The notes below the pieces were generated by a model. It saw nothing but the letters and a program-made list of their open reading frames with translations. It did not search any database and had not been told where the DNA came from. A program made the position numbers and the translations under genes. From a virus, in the IMG/VR virus record IMGVR_UViG_3300033978_000437: a stretch of DNA of 64,000 nucleotides; one strand, written 5' to 3'. Shown here piece by piece: positions 18,826 to 28,134 of the stretch; the stretch's first letter is position 1; every line of letters starts with the position of its first letter.

Positions 18826-20963
18826 ACTTCACCCTTCTTTATTTCAACCAGTTGATCAAAAACTTTACCGAGTTCTTGTACATGAGTAATGACAATCAAT
18901 TGATGGTCTGCCCCTACCTTCTTTGCAAGTTGTTGTAATGCCTCTTGGAAGAAGCTTACATTATCTGCATCTAAGCCAGAGGTCGGCTCATCAAGAAACA
19001 TCATCCCTATATTATGCCCAAAAACACGATCTAAAGCTGCACGAAAAGCGATAGAAAGTAGAACTTTCTGCCCTCCGCTTAACTGTTTTGCCTTAACTGG
19101 CTCTTGTCCGGCAAAAAATACATTAAAGGTTAGGTCTGCATCTGCCTCCACATAGAACGGATCGTTAAACATTTGAAGGTTGGCATTGATGTCTCCAACC
19201 AACAATTGGAGGTTTGACTGTGACACGAGCTTGGGCAAGTTATTCCAATGGAATACATCTCCAGCGGAACTAACTGTGTCCAATAGCTTACGCACCTTTT
19301 CACGCTCTGCCATCTTAGCCGTAAGCTGTTCTAAGCTTTGCTTAGTACGAAGCCAAGACCTCTTAGCTTCTTGAAAAGCTCCTACAGATTTCTGCCAAAC
19401 AGCAAGAGCTTCTTGATGCTGAGCTAACCTTATCTTTGCAGTCGAGACTTTATCCACAGCGGGCATCTGCTTAATTTGTTTACTTAGTTTACTTTTTTGC
19501 TCTAACACATTTTTAAGCTCACCTTGAAAACCTGCTATGTGATGCTGTTCTTGTTTAACATCTTTCTCTAAGTAAAACTTTTGTTGCTCTATATCAAGAT
19601 TTCGAGCGATCAAAGCCTTGGCTGTATCTATGTGCTCATCGTTTACCCCTGCTAGTTTCTTGGAAATTAACTCAACTTCTTTTTCTACTTCTTCTAATTC
19701 TGCTGCCGCATCCATACAAAGTTGTTGGCAAATTTTATATCCCGCTTGATACTGCTCTAACTTCTTGTCATAGCTTTCGGAGTAAGTCAAAATACGAACA
19801 ACTTCTGCAAGTCTGGTTACATTCTTTAGATACTCTACTTTTACCCGCTCAACATATTCTTTTGTAACTTCTTGCTGGCATTGCGTACAAAGACGATTGT
19901 CCGAATGTATCAACAATGTAGTTACTTGTTTTATTTGAAACTCAAGCTCATGCTTTTCTTTAGTCAGTTGTTTTTGAAGTTTTAAATCCACATAATCTTT
20001 ATTAGGTTTAGGCTTACTTCGTTTCTTAAGCTCAGCCACTGCTACATGTTCATCGTGGATGTCTTTTTTAGAGAAGAGGTTAAGTCGAGCTGTCTTATGC
20101 ACTTCCACTAGGTCTAACAATTCTTGAGCTACTGCTAACTTGTTTTTAAACTTAGCTTGCCAAGCTTCTCGCCTAGCCAGCTTATGCTTAGATTGGCTTT
20201 GCTGCAGCTCTTCTAAAGATAGTTCTAGCCTTTCAATTTTATGTTTTACTTCTTTTAACTGAGTTTGAGCTTCTTTACCTAACTCATACTGCGAAAGCAA
20301 TAACTGCCGTGCTTCTAGCTCTTCTTCCGTTAAGATGTGTAGCTTGGCAGCTTTACCTACCTTACTGTGCTCCGTCATCGCTGTGCGAGTTTCAGTAATA
20401 GCGTCTTCTAGCTCCACGCTATTGTCCACTACCTCGATACTCTGCTGCCTTGCCACATAATCCATACATACCTTGTGAATGCTAGAAGCTGCTTCCGTGC
20501 CACACAAGTACTGAAAGGTCTTAGCTCTCTCGCTAGCTGTCTGATCCAAGAAGCTAAACATCTCCCACTGATTGACAAACACATACTTGTCAATCACTGC
20601 TTTACTGATGTCGAGGTAGTTAATAACTGCATCGTTTACATCCGTAGCCTTCTCAAACACAGATACACCGATCTTAAACTCGTTCTTGTTAGGTCGCAGC
20701 CACCTTGTCAAGGTAAACGATTGACCTTGGTGTTTCCCTATTACACGGATGTAACTTGGATCACTACTGCCATTTGTAATGATCTCGGCTTTAGTACCGC
20801 CAAGGCGCGTGAAGTCATTAGTCAACGCTGCATAAATTGCGTTAACTAATGTTGATTTACCCGCCCCATTGGCTCCTACAATACCCACCAAACCACGCCC
20901 AAACTTAACAGTTAAGCTTTGGTGCGGGCCTATGTTCTTTAGCTCTACTTGTTCAATATACAT
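18819..20963 (-). CDS. sbcC: SbcC/Rad50-like (gp46) ATPase
   Basis: GANGAGKS, coiled coil with CTQC zinc hook, LSGGQ, FLDEPTSGLD, ITH. Confidence 0.92.
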   Translation of the reverse strand: MYIEQVELKNIGPHQSLTVKFGRGLVGIVGANGAGKSTLVNAIYAALTNDFTRLGGTKAEIITNGSSDPSYIRVIGKHQGQSFTLTRWLRPNKNEFKIGVSVFEKATDVNDAVINYLDISKAVIDKYVFVNQWEMFSFLDQTASERAKTFQYLCGTEAASSIHKVCMDYVARQQSIEVVDNSVELEDAITETRTAMTEHSKVGKAAKLHILTEEELEARQLLLSQYELGKEAQTQLKEVKHKIERLELSLEELQQSQSKHKLARREAWQAKFKNKLAVAQELLDLVEVHKTARLNLFSKKDIHDEHVAVAELKKRSKPKPNKDYVDLKLQKQLTKEKHELEFQIKQVTTLLIHSDNRLCTQCQQEVTKEYVERVKVEYLKNVTRLAEVVRILTYSESYDKKLEQYQAGYKICQQLCMDAAAELEEVEKEVELISKKLAGVNDEHIDTAKALIARNLDIEQQKFYLEKDVKQEQHHIAGFQGELKNVLEQKSKLSKQIKQMPAVDKVSTAKIRLAQHQEALAVWQKSVGAFQEAKRSWLRTKQSLEQLTAKMAEREKVRKLLDTVSSAGDVFHWNNLPKLVSQSNLQLLVGDINANLQMFNDPFYVEADADLTFNVFFAGQEPVKAKQLSGGQKVLLSIAFRAALDRVFGHNIGMMFLDEPTSGLDADNVSFFQEALQQLAKKVGADHQLIVITHVQELGKVFDQLVEIKKGEVC

Positions 20964-20971
20964 GGTAACTC

Positions 20972-22093
20972 CTAAGCATGAGATTTAACCCACTGTTGTA
21001 ATGCTTGTTCGGGGTCAGGGCTTTGTAAAAGTGTTAATACTAGATCATGGACTAAAGGTTTCTCTGATTTGCTTATGCATGCGTCCACGCATTGCATCAT
21101 GCCTATGCGATCTCCAGAGACAACTTGAACATCTTGTTCTTCGGACTCAAATTGTTTATTTTCTTTTTGCTTGAAAAACAAATGAGCTTTTGATTCAAAG
21201 TGTTGTTTGAATCTACCTACCAACTCGATGTCATTAGAGGTGTGCAACAAATGCAGCAAAGGCATTGCTATTTCTGCCGGTATTGCATTGTCTTCAGCAT
21301 AGGCTGCAGCCTTAGTCAGTTCTGCTTCTGCCATTAGTTTCAACACTTCCCAAGAGCCTTTTGCTTTATCTACAGTTAAGCGAATACATCTACGAGAGTA
21401 CAAAGGCAGAGCTTCTATTATAAGCTTCTCTGTCGATTTGTATTTTTTATCGTAATTCTTAATCAAAAATACTTTCTTGTTTTCTGGTTCTGCAATATTA
21501 CGCATGTGCGTGCTACCAGGACTCAGCACAGTCAAATCCCCATGGTGATGAATCAAATTCATGTGGTAATCACCGGTGATTAGATACTTCACATTCGGAG
21601 GAATGTCATTGAAACACCCTTGTGGTTTAGCCATGTCTCCCATAAAGTCTCGCCACACTTGATGGCAAACAAGTATAGAAGACTCCTTTGCTAAATCACT
21701 TTTAAGAAATTGTTTTAATTTCTCTTCATTGTTCTGGTAATCGCATCCGGCAATTTGCCAGCCATCAAAAGTTCTGTTGTGTTCATGCAGCCAAACGGCC
21801 TTAGTGGCTGCTTGTAACCAAGGGCTTTCTTGATACTCATGCTGCCCTTGGTTATAGTAGACTCCAATACCTGTATCCGTTAACTTACGAACACCGGCTA
21901 AAAGTTTATGGATGGGTTCCGAGACATTGACTTGCTTGTCAAGGATGTCCCCTGCAAGAATGACTGCCTCGACTCCATGATCGAGGGCTAGAGTTACAAT
22001 CTGGTCCCACGCATAATAACTATCTCCCTCAATAGGGCGATGAGTCCAGACTCGATTACTGAGATGAAGATCACTTGTTACTAAGATATTCAT
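20972..22093 (-). CDS. sbcD: SbcD/Mre11-like (gp47) nuclease
   Basis: SDLHL, AGDILD, GQHE, CHQ, GDYH, PGS; start set at MNILVT (22093) with AAGGAG RBS. Confidence 0.9.
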   Translation of the reverse strand: MNILVTSDLHLSNRVWTHRPIEGDSYYAWDQIVTLALDHGVEAVILAGDILDKQVNVSEPIHKLLAGVRKLTDTGIGVYYNQGQHEYQESPWLQAATKAVWLHEHNRTFDGWQIAGCDYQNNEEKLKQFLKSDLAKESSILVCHQVWRDFMGDMAKPQGCFNDIPPNVKYLITGDYHMNLIHHHGDLTVLSPGSTHMRNIAEPENKKVFLIKNYDKKYKSTEKLIIEALPLYSRRCIRLTVDKAKGSWEVLKLMAEAELTKAAAYAEDNAIPAEIAMPLLHLLHTSNDIELVGRFKQHFESKAHLFFKQKENKQFESEEQDVQVVSGDRIGMMQCVDACISKSEKPLVHDLVLTLLQSPDPEQALQQWVKSHA

Positions 22094-22105
22094 GAGATAC
22101 TCCTT

Positions 22106-22540
22106 ATGGTTAAAAATGTACAAATAGTTGCTATGCCCATTTGTGAGCTGTGTGATCGTCTTACCATCGCACAACTAAAACTGCAACGATTGCCGTCGGA
22201 TGAACTAGACAAAGGTTTACTGCGAAAACAAATCGCATACTATGAAACTGGGATTGATTATACCGATCCTAAAATCTGTGACTTGATAGCAGCTTTGCTT
22301 GATATCAATGGACAAATGTGGGATGCCGAACACGACATACGCAAAGGATTAGATGAAATACTAGGGCTCTCCGAAATAGGAAGACGAGCTGTTAAAATCC
22401 GGAATTTAAACTGCATTAGAATTGCCATCAAAAATAAGATTACTATGCTGGCCGGACAACCTGAGTTTAGCGATTGCAAAATGAATCATGTTAGTCAACG
22501 TTCTAACAACTCAGATACAACTGAATCGCCATCGTTGTAG
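22106..22540 (+). CDS. DUF6165-like protein
   Basis: ELCDRLTIAQLK...INGQMWDAEHDIR...AVKIRNLNCIRIAIKNKI matches the family pattern as recalled; lone + strand gene in this region. Confidence 0.55.
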   Translation: MVKNVQIVAMPICELCDRLTIAQLKLQRLPSDELDKGLLRKQIAYYETGIDYTDPKICDLIAALLDINGQMWDAEHDIRKGLDEILGLSEIGRRAVKIRNLNCIRIAIKNKITMLAGQPEFSDCKMNHVSQRSNNSDTTESPSL

Positions 22541-22818
22541 AACAGTGCTACAGTCTCATAAGTTTCAATCCATATTCTAGCACCATTCTTTAATGGCTTA
22601 TTCATACTCTGCACAATGCGTGCAACCTCGTTACCTTTTTTATCGTAGATGATCACTGAGTTGCCTCGCAAGCTACGTCCTCGCCTATGCACAGCAATCA
22701 CAGGATCATCTTTCCCGCTTCTAATGTTGTTCCGCATGTCCGCTCGGGATACATGCATCCGGCAGATGCTTGCTCTAGTCTTCTTCCCCTTGGAAGGTGT
22801 CGAAGTCAATTTCGTCAT
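22495..22818 (-). CDS. conserved phage hypothetical protein
   Basis: HV...IR....DPVIAV...KPL.NGARIWIET pattern seen in many phage proteins. Confidence 0.6.
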   Translation of the reverse strand: MTKLTSTPSKGKKTRASICRMHVSRADMRNNIRSGKDDPVIAVHRRGRSLRGNSVIIYDKKGNEVARIVQSMNKPLKNGARIWIETYETVALFYNDGDSVVSELLER

Positions 22819-23320
22819 TGTCTGTTCCTCCTTGAATATGGCTTAGCTCTCCAAGAGCACCTTTAAGCCATTTGAAAAACTCTTTCCTTGTTTTCTTTGC
22901 CAACTCCATCCCTTTAGCTTCTCGCCTCTCGAAGTCGAGAAATGCTACAGACAGCAATAGTGCAGCTGCCTTCACTGTTGTGATGCGGTGAAACACACAC
23001 GCATCTGAATTCCATTCATCTTCCTCTTCGTAATTCCTTACGATGGCATCATACTTCTCTCGGATGCGTCTCAAGGCTTGCCACGACATAAACATATCGG
23101 GCACAGCCAGCCGTGTAAACTGGTTTATGGACGCATCCGTTGCCAAAGGCTCTTGACCCATCTTCCTAATAAAAGGAGTGTCGGGTGCATTTAACCGAAT
23201 CGCTTCCTCATTAGCCCAGTCAAACTGTTCCGCAGCCCACTGATATAATTCTGTCAGATTAAAGAATAAGTCTCGGGGGCTGCCGCTGTTCTTAGGGTAT
23301 GGGGGTGAATTAATTTCCAT
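22775..23320 (-). CDS. hypothetical protein (181 aa)
   Basis: ORF track; tightly packed. Confidence 0.6.
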   Translation of the reverse strand: MEINSPPYPKNSGSPRDLFFNLTELYQWAAEQFDWANEEAIRLNAPDTPFIRKMGQEPLATDASINQFTRLAVPDMFMSWQALRRIREKYDAIVRNYEEEDEWNSDACVFHRITTVKAAALLLSVAFLDFERREAKGMELAKKTRKEFFKWLKGALGELSHIQGGTDNDEIDFDTFQGEED

Positions 23321-24134
23321 CGATGTCTCCTCTTTGTTTGTATTTAGTAATGCGTAGTAAATGAGCGTCAGATCTAGTCAACAATGAGTAAAAACTTTGC
23401 AGATTGTCAGAAGCAAACAAGGTTGCCCAAGGAAAACGCAAAACTGTCGCCATTGCTCGAACAATGTTAGTGTTAGTTCCTCCTTCAAAAGTTGTAAAAG
23501 TTAAGCTAGGGTGTGCAGCAAGCCTAGTCAATTGTTTAGACAAATCACAATCAGCGGGCACAATCTGAATGCCAACATGCCGTAGTTGTAAGCTACCTTT
23601 TTCTGGGTCGATATAAGGAGCACACAATTGAACAGTAGCCAAAGCAGAACACCACTGATGTGGGCCATAGTCAGAACGAAAGAAAGGTAATTTTGTTAAA
23701 TTCCAGTTTTTAGTTCGTTGCCAGGCCACGACCTTGCAAGGTTGTCGCACATCTTTAGGGATGCACGACAACGTTACATAGATAGGATACAACCACCTAC
23801 GCACAAAACACCATGGGCACACTTTTGGATTATTGCAAAACCGAGTAATAGGTTCGACATCAAACCCAACTGGGCAACAGTTTAAAGCGTAAGTGTAAGC
23901 AAGCCGCTTTGCCGGATCTTCTCGCATTACTCGATAGTATTGCCATCGAAGATTTTTCTGCAGCAAATAAGTTCGAATTGCATCTGAGCTGTGCGTAGTA
24001 GGCAGTGTCTGCAAAACACAATGGCGTAAAAGTGCCAAAGCCGTATGCTCGGGTTTAGGTTTCAGCTTGTGCTTGACCACACCTTTAATGAACTTAACCT
24101 CTGTCTCTGTCTCAACGATTTCTATGTTGTCCAT
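23310..24134 (-). CDS. hypothetical protein with C-x4-CPxC motif
   Basis: 274 aa; RFCNNPKVCPWCFVRR. Confidence 0.6.
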   Translation of the reverse strand: MDNIEIVETETEVKFIKGVVKHKLKPKPEHTALALLRHCVLQTLPTTHSSDAIRTYLLQKNLRWQYYRVMREDPAKRLAYTYALNCCPVGFDVEPITRFCNNPKVCPWCFVRRWLYPIYVTLSCIPKDVRQPCKVVAWQRTKNWNLTKLPFFRSDYGPHQWCSALATVQLCAPYIDPEKGSLQLRHVGIQIVPADCDLSKQLTRLAAHPSLTFTTFEGGTNTNIVRAMATVLRFPWATLFASDNLQSFYSLLTRSDAHLLRITKYKQRGDIDGN

Positions 24135-24143
24135 AACTCTCTC

Positions 24144-24485
24144 TCACCAAGTGAACTGGGTACCTAGGTAAGGCTTACGAACTTGAACTGCGGTTACTTG
24201 ATTTTGTTGCCTCTGAAACTTTAACACTTTGCTGACTTCAACTATACTTCGCCATAAGAAAGCTATTTCCTTTTGTTGAAGCACTTGTGAAGTTCCAAAA
24301 GTTATTGCAAAGAAGTCAGGAACAAACAGCGTATAACCAATAGGAAATTTGTTATCAGTTAAGTGTTTACAAAACTGCTTTAACTCCTTATCCCAGTTAC
24401 GAAGTATGTCCGTAATCTTAGCGTGGTACCCTAGCCTATTGTTTACAGCCTTATCATCTTGTAGTAAGGCAATGTAATTATTCAT
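24144..24485 (-). CDS. hypothetical protein
   Basis: ORF track, 113 aa. Confidence 0.6.
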   Translation of the reverse strand: MNNYIALLQDDKAVNNRLGYHAKITDILRNWDKELKQFCKHLTDNKFPIGYTLFVPDFFAITFGTSQVLQQKEIAFLWRSIVEVSKVLKFQRQQNQVTAVQVRKPYLGTQFTW

Positions 24486-24790
24486 TTTTTATTTCTTTCT
24501 CTTTCTAGATTTTGATTGCTGCAGAAGTGCCATGACCAATGAAACCCCTGTTCAATGTGGCACCCATGCGTTTCAGCTATCTTGTCTAGTTTAGCCCATT
24601 CCTTCTTTCCAATACCGCTATTCAGTAAGTGATACAGTGTTCCTTCCGCAACAAAGACCACTTCTCCAAATGCCATTTCTCCTTCTTTTTCTTTCCATTG
24701 TTCAGCTGTGTAAGTTTTTGTGTCGATGTACTTTGACACAAACTTATCCACAGCTTTAAACAGTTTTTCTTTAGTTTTAGTTTTAAGCAT
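24482..24790 (-). CDS. hypothetical protein
   Basis: ORF track, 102 aa; ATGA overlap with the downstream gene. Confidence 0.65.
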   Translation of the reverse strand: MLKTKTKEKLFKAVDKFVSKYIDTKTYTAEQWKEKEGEMAFGEVVFVAEGTLYHLLNSGIGKKEWAKLDKIAETHGCHIEQGFHWSWHFCSNQNLERERNKK

Positions 24791-24801
24791 TGTTGTTATC
24801 C

Positions 24802-25032
24802 TTAGATAGATTGTAGATAAATGCCTCTGTTCGTCTTTAACCGGTCTTTGGCTTCAACCTTAGCAGCAGCTACCGAGCTGCAGTTAAATTGATAGCCATT
24901 GATAATCAAGGTAACTTCCGCCTTGTCATCACTTTCTAAAATAGTTGAAACTGTACCATTGGGGTAACAGCGTCTGTAAACAGCATGCTTAACCCCATTG
25001 GTCTTTCCTCGTTCCACTTGCCATCTTTTCAT
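24802..25032 (-). CDS. hypothetical protein
   Basis: ORF track, 76 aa; GGAG RBS. Confidence 0.6.
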   Translation of the reverse strand: MKRWQVERGKTNGVKHAVYRRCYPNGTVSTILESDDKAEVTLIINGYQFNCSSVAAAKVEAKDRLKTNRGIYLQSI

Positions 25033-25041
25033 TCATTTCTC

Positions 25042-25239
25042 CTATGCATCTACTTCATACCCTTCAAACCAATTTCCAAGCTTTGCCGTCCTAGCTTTCG
25101 CAAGCGGTAGGACAGCCGTCTTAGAACTTGTCTCAGGGTCGGAACAATGCTTCTGGGCTTGCTCAAGGGTTAAACCTCGATGAAGCGTCCTTGGTCTTCC
25201 TTTAAAGTAAAACCTTATAATTTTGTATCGTAGTTCCAT
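25042..25239 (-). CDS. conserved small phage protein
   Basis: YKIIRFYF...GLTLEQAQKHCSDPETSS...WFEGY pattern. Confidence 0.65.
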   Translation of the reverse strand: MELRYKIIRFYFKGRPRTLHRGLTLEQAQKHCSDPETSSKTAVLPLAKARTAKLGNWFEGYEVDA

Positions 25240-25275
25240 AGGTTAACTTTCTTTAAAATAAGGGTGTAAGTTACA

Positions 25276-25305
25276 ACACAAGTTCACAAACTTGTGACTT
25301 TGTGG
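25276..25305. repeat. imperfect inverted repeat, CACAAG-family hairpin 1
   Basis: ACACAAGTTCACAAACTTGTGACTTTGTGG; related to 26001 and 26791. Confidence 0.55.
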
Positions 25306-25332
25306 TATTCTAATGTAATGATAGAAGAAAAG

Positions 25333-25545
25333 CTAAGAACGGCTATCGCTACTCTCCTCCACTTCTACATCACAATCTAACCCATACGCGCTCGAGATGG
25401 GGCCATCGTCTTCTTTTCCATTTACATACACATCCACCGCCACTCCTTCATCAGTTTTGCGGATTCGCACTGCAAATCCCTTTACAGTAATCCAAGCACC
25501 ATCATCCAGTAAAATGTAATCAGGACCTTCGCCATCAATTTCCAT
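25333..25545 (-). CDS. hypothetical protein
   Basis: ORF track, 70 aa; AGGAGA RBS. Confidence 0.65.
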   Translation of the reverse strand: MEIDGEGPDYILLDDGAWITVKGFAVRIRKTDEGVAVDVYVNGKEDDGPISSAYGLDCDVEVEESSDSRS

Positions 25546-25572
25546 TGGTTGTTCTCCTTGTTAAGTTTAAAG

Positions 25573-25646
25573 CTAAAGCCAGTGCCGGATCTCAAGGGGC
25601 GACACACATCGAAAAAGAGTCGCCTTCTTCTTAGCACTGGCCTTAG
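25573..25646 (-). other. nested-stem structured intergenic element
   Basis: outer stem GCCAGTGC/GCACTGGC, inner stem GGCGAC/GTCGCC, directly after the stop of 25643..25933. Confidence 0.45.
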
Positions 25647-25933
25647 TCTGCCTTTGATACTAAAAGCTCACTGTTGTGAACTTGATCTGAGATTTGGGCT
25701 GCGGGTAATCCCGTAGCTTCTGAAATTAAATTGATTATCTTCTGCTCAATAATGTTATCTAACTTATTCCTATGATTCATTACTATATCTATTATTAGCT
25801 TGAGCATTGGTACCGCTTGTATCTTTATTGCTTGGTTCTCCCAAGTACCTTCTTCTTTATTACTCCAAGCCGTAATAAAAGCCATAAATTTTTTATGGTT
25901 TTTACTTATTTCATTTAATTCATTTTGATTCAT
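25643..25933 (-). CDS. hypothetical protein
   Basis: ORF track, 96 aa; AAGGA RBS. Confidence 0.6.
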   Translation of the reverse strand: MNQNELNEISKNHKKFMAFITAWSNKEEGTWENQAIKIQAVPMLKLIIDIVMNHRNKLDNIIEQKIINLISEATGLPAAQISDQVHNSELLVSKAD

Positions 25934-25999
25934 TACATTCCTTTCGTTAGAAAGAAAGACAACTAGTTATGGTTGTCTTTCTCTATACTGTAGTAGAAT

Positions 26000-26031
26000 A
26001 ACACAAGCTCACAACTTTGTGAGTTTGTGTT
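26000..26031. repeat. inverted repeat, CACAAG-family hairpin 2
   Basis: AACACAAGCTCACA-ACTT-TGTGAGTTTGTGTT. Confidence 0.6.
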
Positions 26032-26072
26032 GTGATTTATGATACGTATTGTAGGACGATTTATTGCGATGT

Positions 26073-26435
26073 CTACATTTTTGAAATTGTTTTTTCGACT
26101 AATTTAAGAATTTGATGAAGCAGCTTTATACCTACTTGAATATCGGAGTTAGGTTGAGTTTGAACTTTCTTACTAACTACTGCTAACTTAGGTATACTTG
26201 CTTTCATTCTCCATGCAGGTCTAGTTTTACCCGCTCTAATTGTAGACATATGCCTTTCAATCAACCCCGCTTGAACTAGCTGGCTTCGGTATATCAATAC
26301 CGTTGCCTTGGTTAGCCCTGTTGCTTTGACAATGTCTATGTCGCAAACACCGGCATTTCTGGCTGTTTGTTGTGCGATATACAAACAAATCTTTTGTTTG
26401 CCTTTGTTGAAACCTTTCGTGTAATCTTTACGCAT
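26073..26435 (-). CDS. winged-HTH DNA-binding protein
   Basis: DIVKATGLTKATVLIYRSQLVQAGLIER followed by a beta-wing. Confidence 0.6.
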   Translation of the reverse strand: MRKDYTKGFNKGKQKICLYIAQQTARNAGVCDIDIVKATGLTKATVLIYRSQLVQAGLIERHMSTIRAGKTRPAWRMKASIPKLAVVSKKVQTQPNSDIQVGIKLLHQILKLVEKTISKM

Positions 26436-26449
26436 AAAGCGTTCCTTTC

Positions 26450-26764
26450 TTATTTTTTGTTAAGACAGTGAGGTATTTGCATTTCATTTAATAGTTTGGT
26501 ACAGCGTGCTATAGTAACTTCTCCCAGGTTTTGAATGCTTTCTAAATCTTCAACAGTTAATTTAGCTAAATCTCCTATAGTTAATAACCCATAGTTTTCT
26601 AGCGTGTTAGCTACACGGACGGGCAGCCCAACATCTGACAACGATATAGTCTGACATTGTTCAATTCTGTCTTTTTCTTTTTCGTCGTCAGACATGAACT
26701 GCACCCAGAGTTGATCTGGAGGTTTTCTTCGTTTACGTTTGACTGGTCCGCCATGTAGTTCCAT
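26450..26764 (-). CDS. RNA polymerase alpha C-terminal domain-like protein
   Basis: LSDVGLPVRVANTLENYGLLTIGDLAKLTVEDLESIQNLGEVTIARC matches I..L.LSVR..N.L....I..I.DL......L..I.NLG.KS..EI. Confidence 0.82.
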   Translation of the reverse strand: MELHGGPVKRKRRKPPDQLWVQFMSDDEKEKDRIEQCQTISLSDVGLPVRVANTLENYGLLTIGDLAKLTVEDLESIQNLGEVTIARCTKLLNEMQIPHCLNKK

Positions 26765-26790
26765 TTAGCACCTATGAGTTAAAAAACATT

Positions 26791-26827
26791 TAGCCACAAG
26801 CTTAGCAATGAACTAAGCTTGTGGCTA
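26791..26827 (-). terminator. intrinsic terminator, CACAAG-family hairpin 3
   Basis: TAGCCACAAGCTTAG-7 nt-CTAAGCTTGTGGCTA 15-bp perfect stem, T-tract on the minus strand. Confidence 0.7.
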
Positions 26828-26855
26828 TCTTTTGTACCTAAATTATGTAATTTAT

Positions 26856-27260
26856 TTAAGTTAAACCATCTACGATTTGTTCTCGTAGTGTTTCTTCTAC
26901 AGTTTCTGCCAGCTCTTCAATACCTTCGGCTTCCATCATTGCTTTAACGATATCATCTACTAACTCTGGCTGTGCTTCGTCATCGTTGTATCTAGGATCT
27001 TCAAAGAACGATTCCATCACTTTTTGGTTTCGAGCGTAAATGCTTTCTGCCACTGGTGCATTTATTTGATCCATAGTTGCTTCAATAGTATCAAAGGTGC
27101 TACTCCAATCCATCTTGTCATCTATAAAATTACATAACCATTCCCAGTCTTTATCATCTTCTTTGTCAAATAGATCTGCTTCCCAATGTGCAAAGATGAT
27201 GTTTTTAACACCTCGTTTCTTTACTTCCATTAGCGATTTAATTGCATCATCGATTTTCAT
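26856..27260 (-). CDS. hypothetical protein
   Basis: ORF track, 134 aa; AAGGAG RBS. Confidence 0.65.
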   Translation of the reverse strand: MKIDDAIKSLMEVKKRGVKNIIFAHWEADLFDKEDDKDWEWLCNFIDDKMDWSSTFDTIEATMDQINAPVAESIYARNQKVMESFFEDPRYNDDEAQPELVDDIVKAMMEAEGIEELAETVEETLREQIVDGLT

Positions 27261-27651
27261 TTAGTTCTCCTTTAAGTTGTTTATGTTTAGCGCAAGTTTT
27301 GCATACCTTGGCCGAGTCGGAAAAAGTGCAAAACTTGCACATTATTTTGTTACACAGTTCGCAACGTTGTTTAGGCATGTGCTTATATAAGGTGAGCTCA
27401 TCTAGTTTAGAAAATCGGATAAGACATGCATCGCAATATTCTCCTTCTAGTCTAGGGAAAAGCAGTCTAATAGTGTTTTCCCTATCAAGAACAAAAGAAG
27501 CTCCATTAATAGTAATGGAGCAAACTGTACTAAAATTGCGAAAACCCGGAGATCCGTTAATCTCCATTGCGAGATGGATAGCACCATCACTTTCCATGAC
27601 AAGAAGATTGACCCCATTACTTAATGTCATTTTGTGAATACCTTTTGTCAT
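27247..27651 (-). CDS. hypothetical protein with C-terminal Cys-rich region
   Basis: CDAC, CELC, CKFC, CKTC. Confidence 0.6.
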   Translation of the reverse strand: MTKGIHKMTLSNGVNLLVMESDGAIHLAMEINGSPGFRNFSTVCSITINGASFVLDRENTIRLLFPRLEGEYCDACLIRFSKLDELTLYKHMPKQRCELCNKIMCKFCTFSDSAKVCKTCAKHKQLKGELNENR

Positions 27652-27713
27652 AATTGACTCCAGTATTTAGTAAACCTCCTTGTAGTAGCTAAATTTTTAA
27701 AGTTAAAGTTTAG

Positions 27714-27929
27714 TTACACACTGGCTAACAAATTAGCTACTTCTCTTGGTGTTTCCTTTACCCAGAGAAGTCCATTAGGATAAGTAGGGCCCGACACTTC
27801 GATGCAAGTAATTGCGGTGGAGTACTTTGACTTTTCTTCCCAGAACGCTTTTACAAACGCAGGGTTGACCCAGAATTCTTGACTACCACCACCGCCGGAC
27901 CCTAGATTAAAGAATTGAACTGCTTTCAC
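27714..27929 (-). CDS. hypothetical protein
   Basis: ORF track, 71 aa. Confidence 0.55.
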   Translation of the reverse strand: MKAVQFFNLGSGGGGSQEFWVNPAFVKAFWEEKSKYSTAITCIEVSGPTYPNGLLWVKETPREVANLLASV

Positions 27930-27931
27930 AA

Positions 27932-28129
27932 TTATACTCCTTCAATTTTTTCTTTTTCTTTAAAATCTTTTTTAGCTTGTTCAACTACTACGCTACGAAT
28001 GTAGTCTCCCCAACGCATGCCTTTGTTGGCAGCAGCAAAAGCTATGAGGGCAAAATGCTCTCGAGGAAACAAAACTTTTACTTGTCTATCCGAAGTTGTA
28101 GTTATTTTGTCTGCTTTAATCTTTTTCAT
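27932..28129 (-). CDS. ribbon-helix-helix protein, paralog A
   Basis: VKVLFPREHFALIAFAAANKGMRWGDYIRSVV; close paralog of 28135..28347. Confidence 0.65.
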   Translation of the reverse strand: MKKIKADKITTTSDRQVKVLFPREHFALIAFAAANKGMRWGDYIRSVVVEQAKKDFKEKEKIEGV

Positions 28130-28134
28130 GTTAC

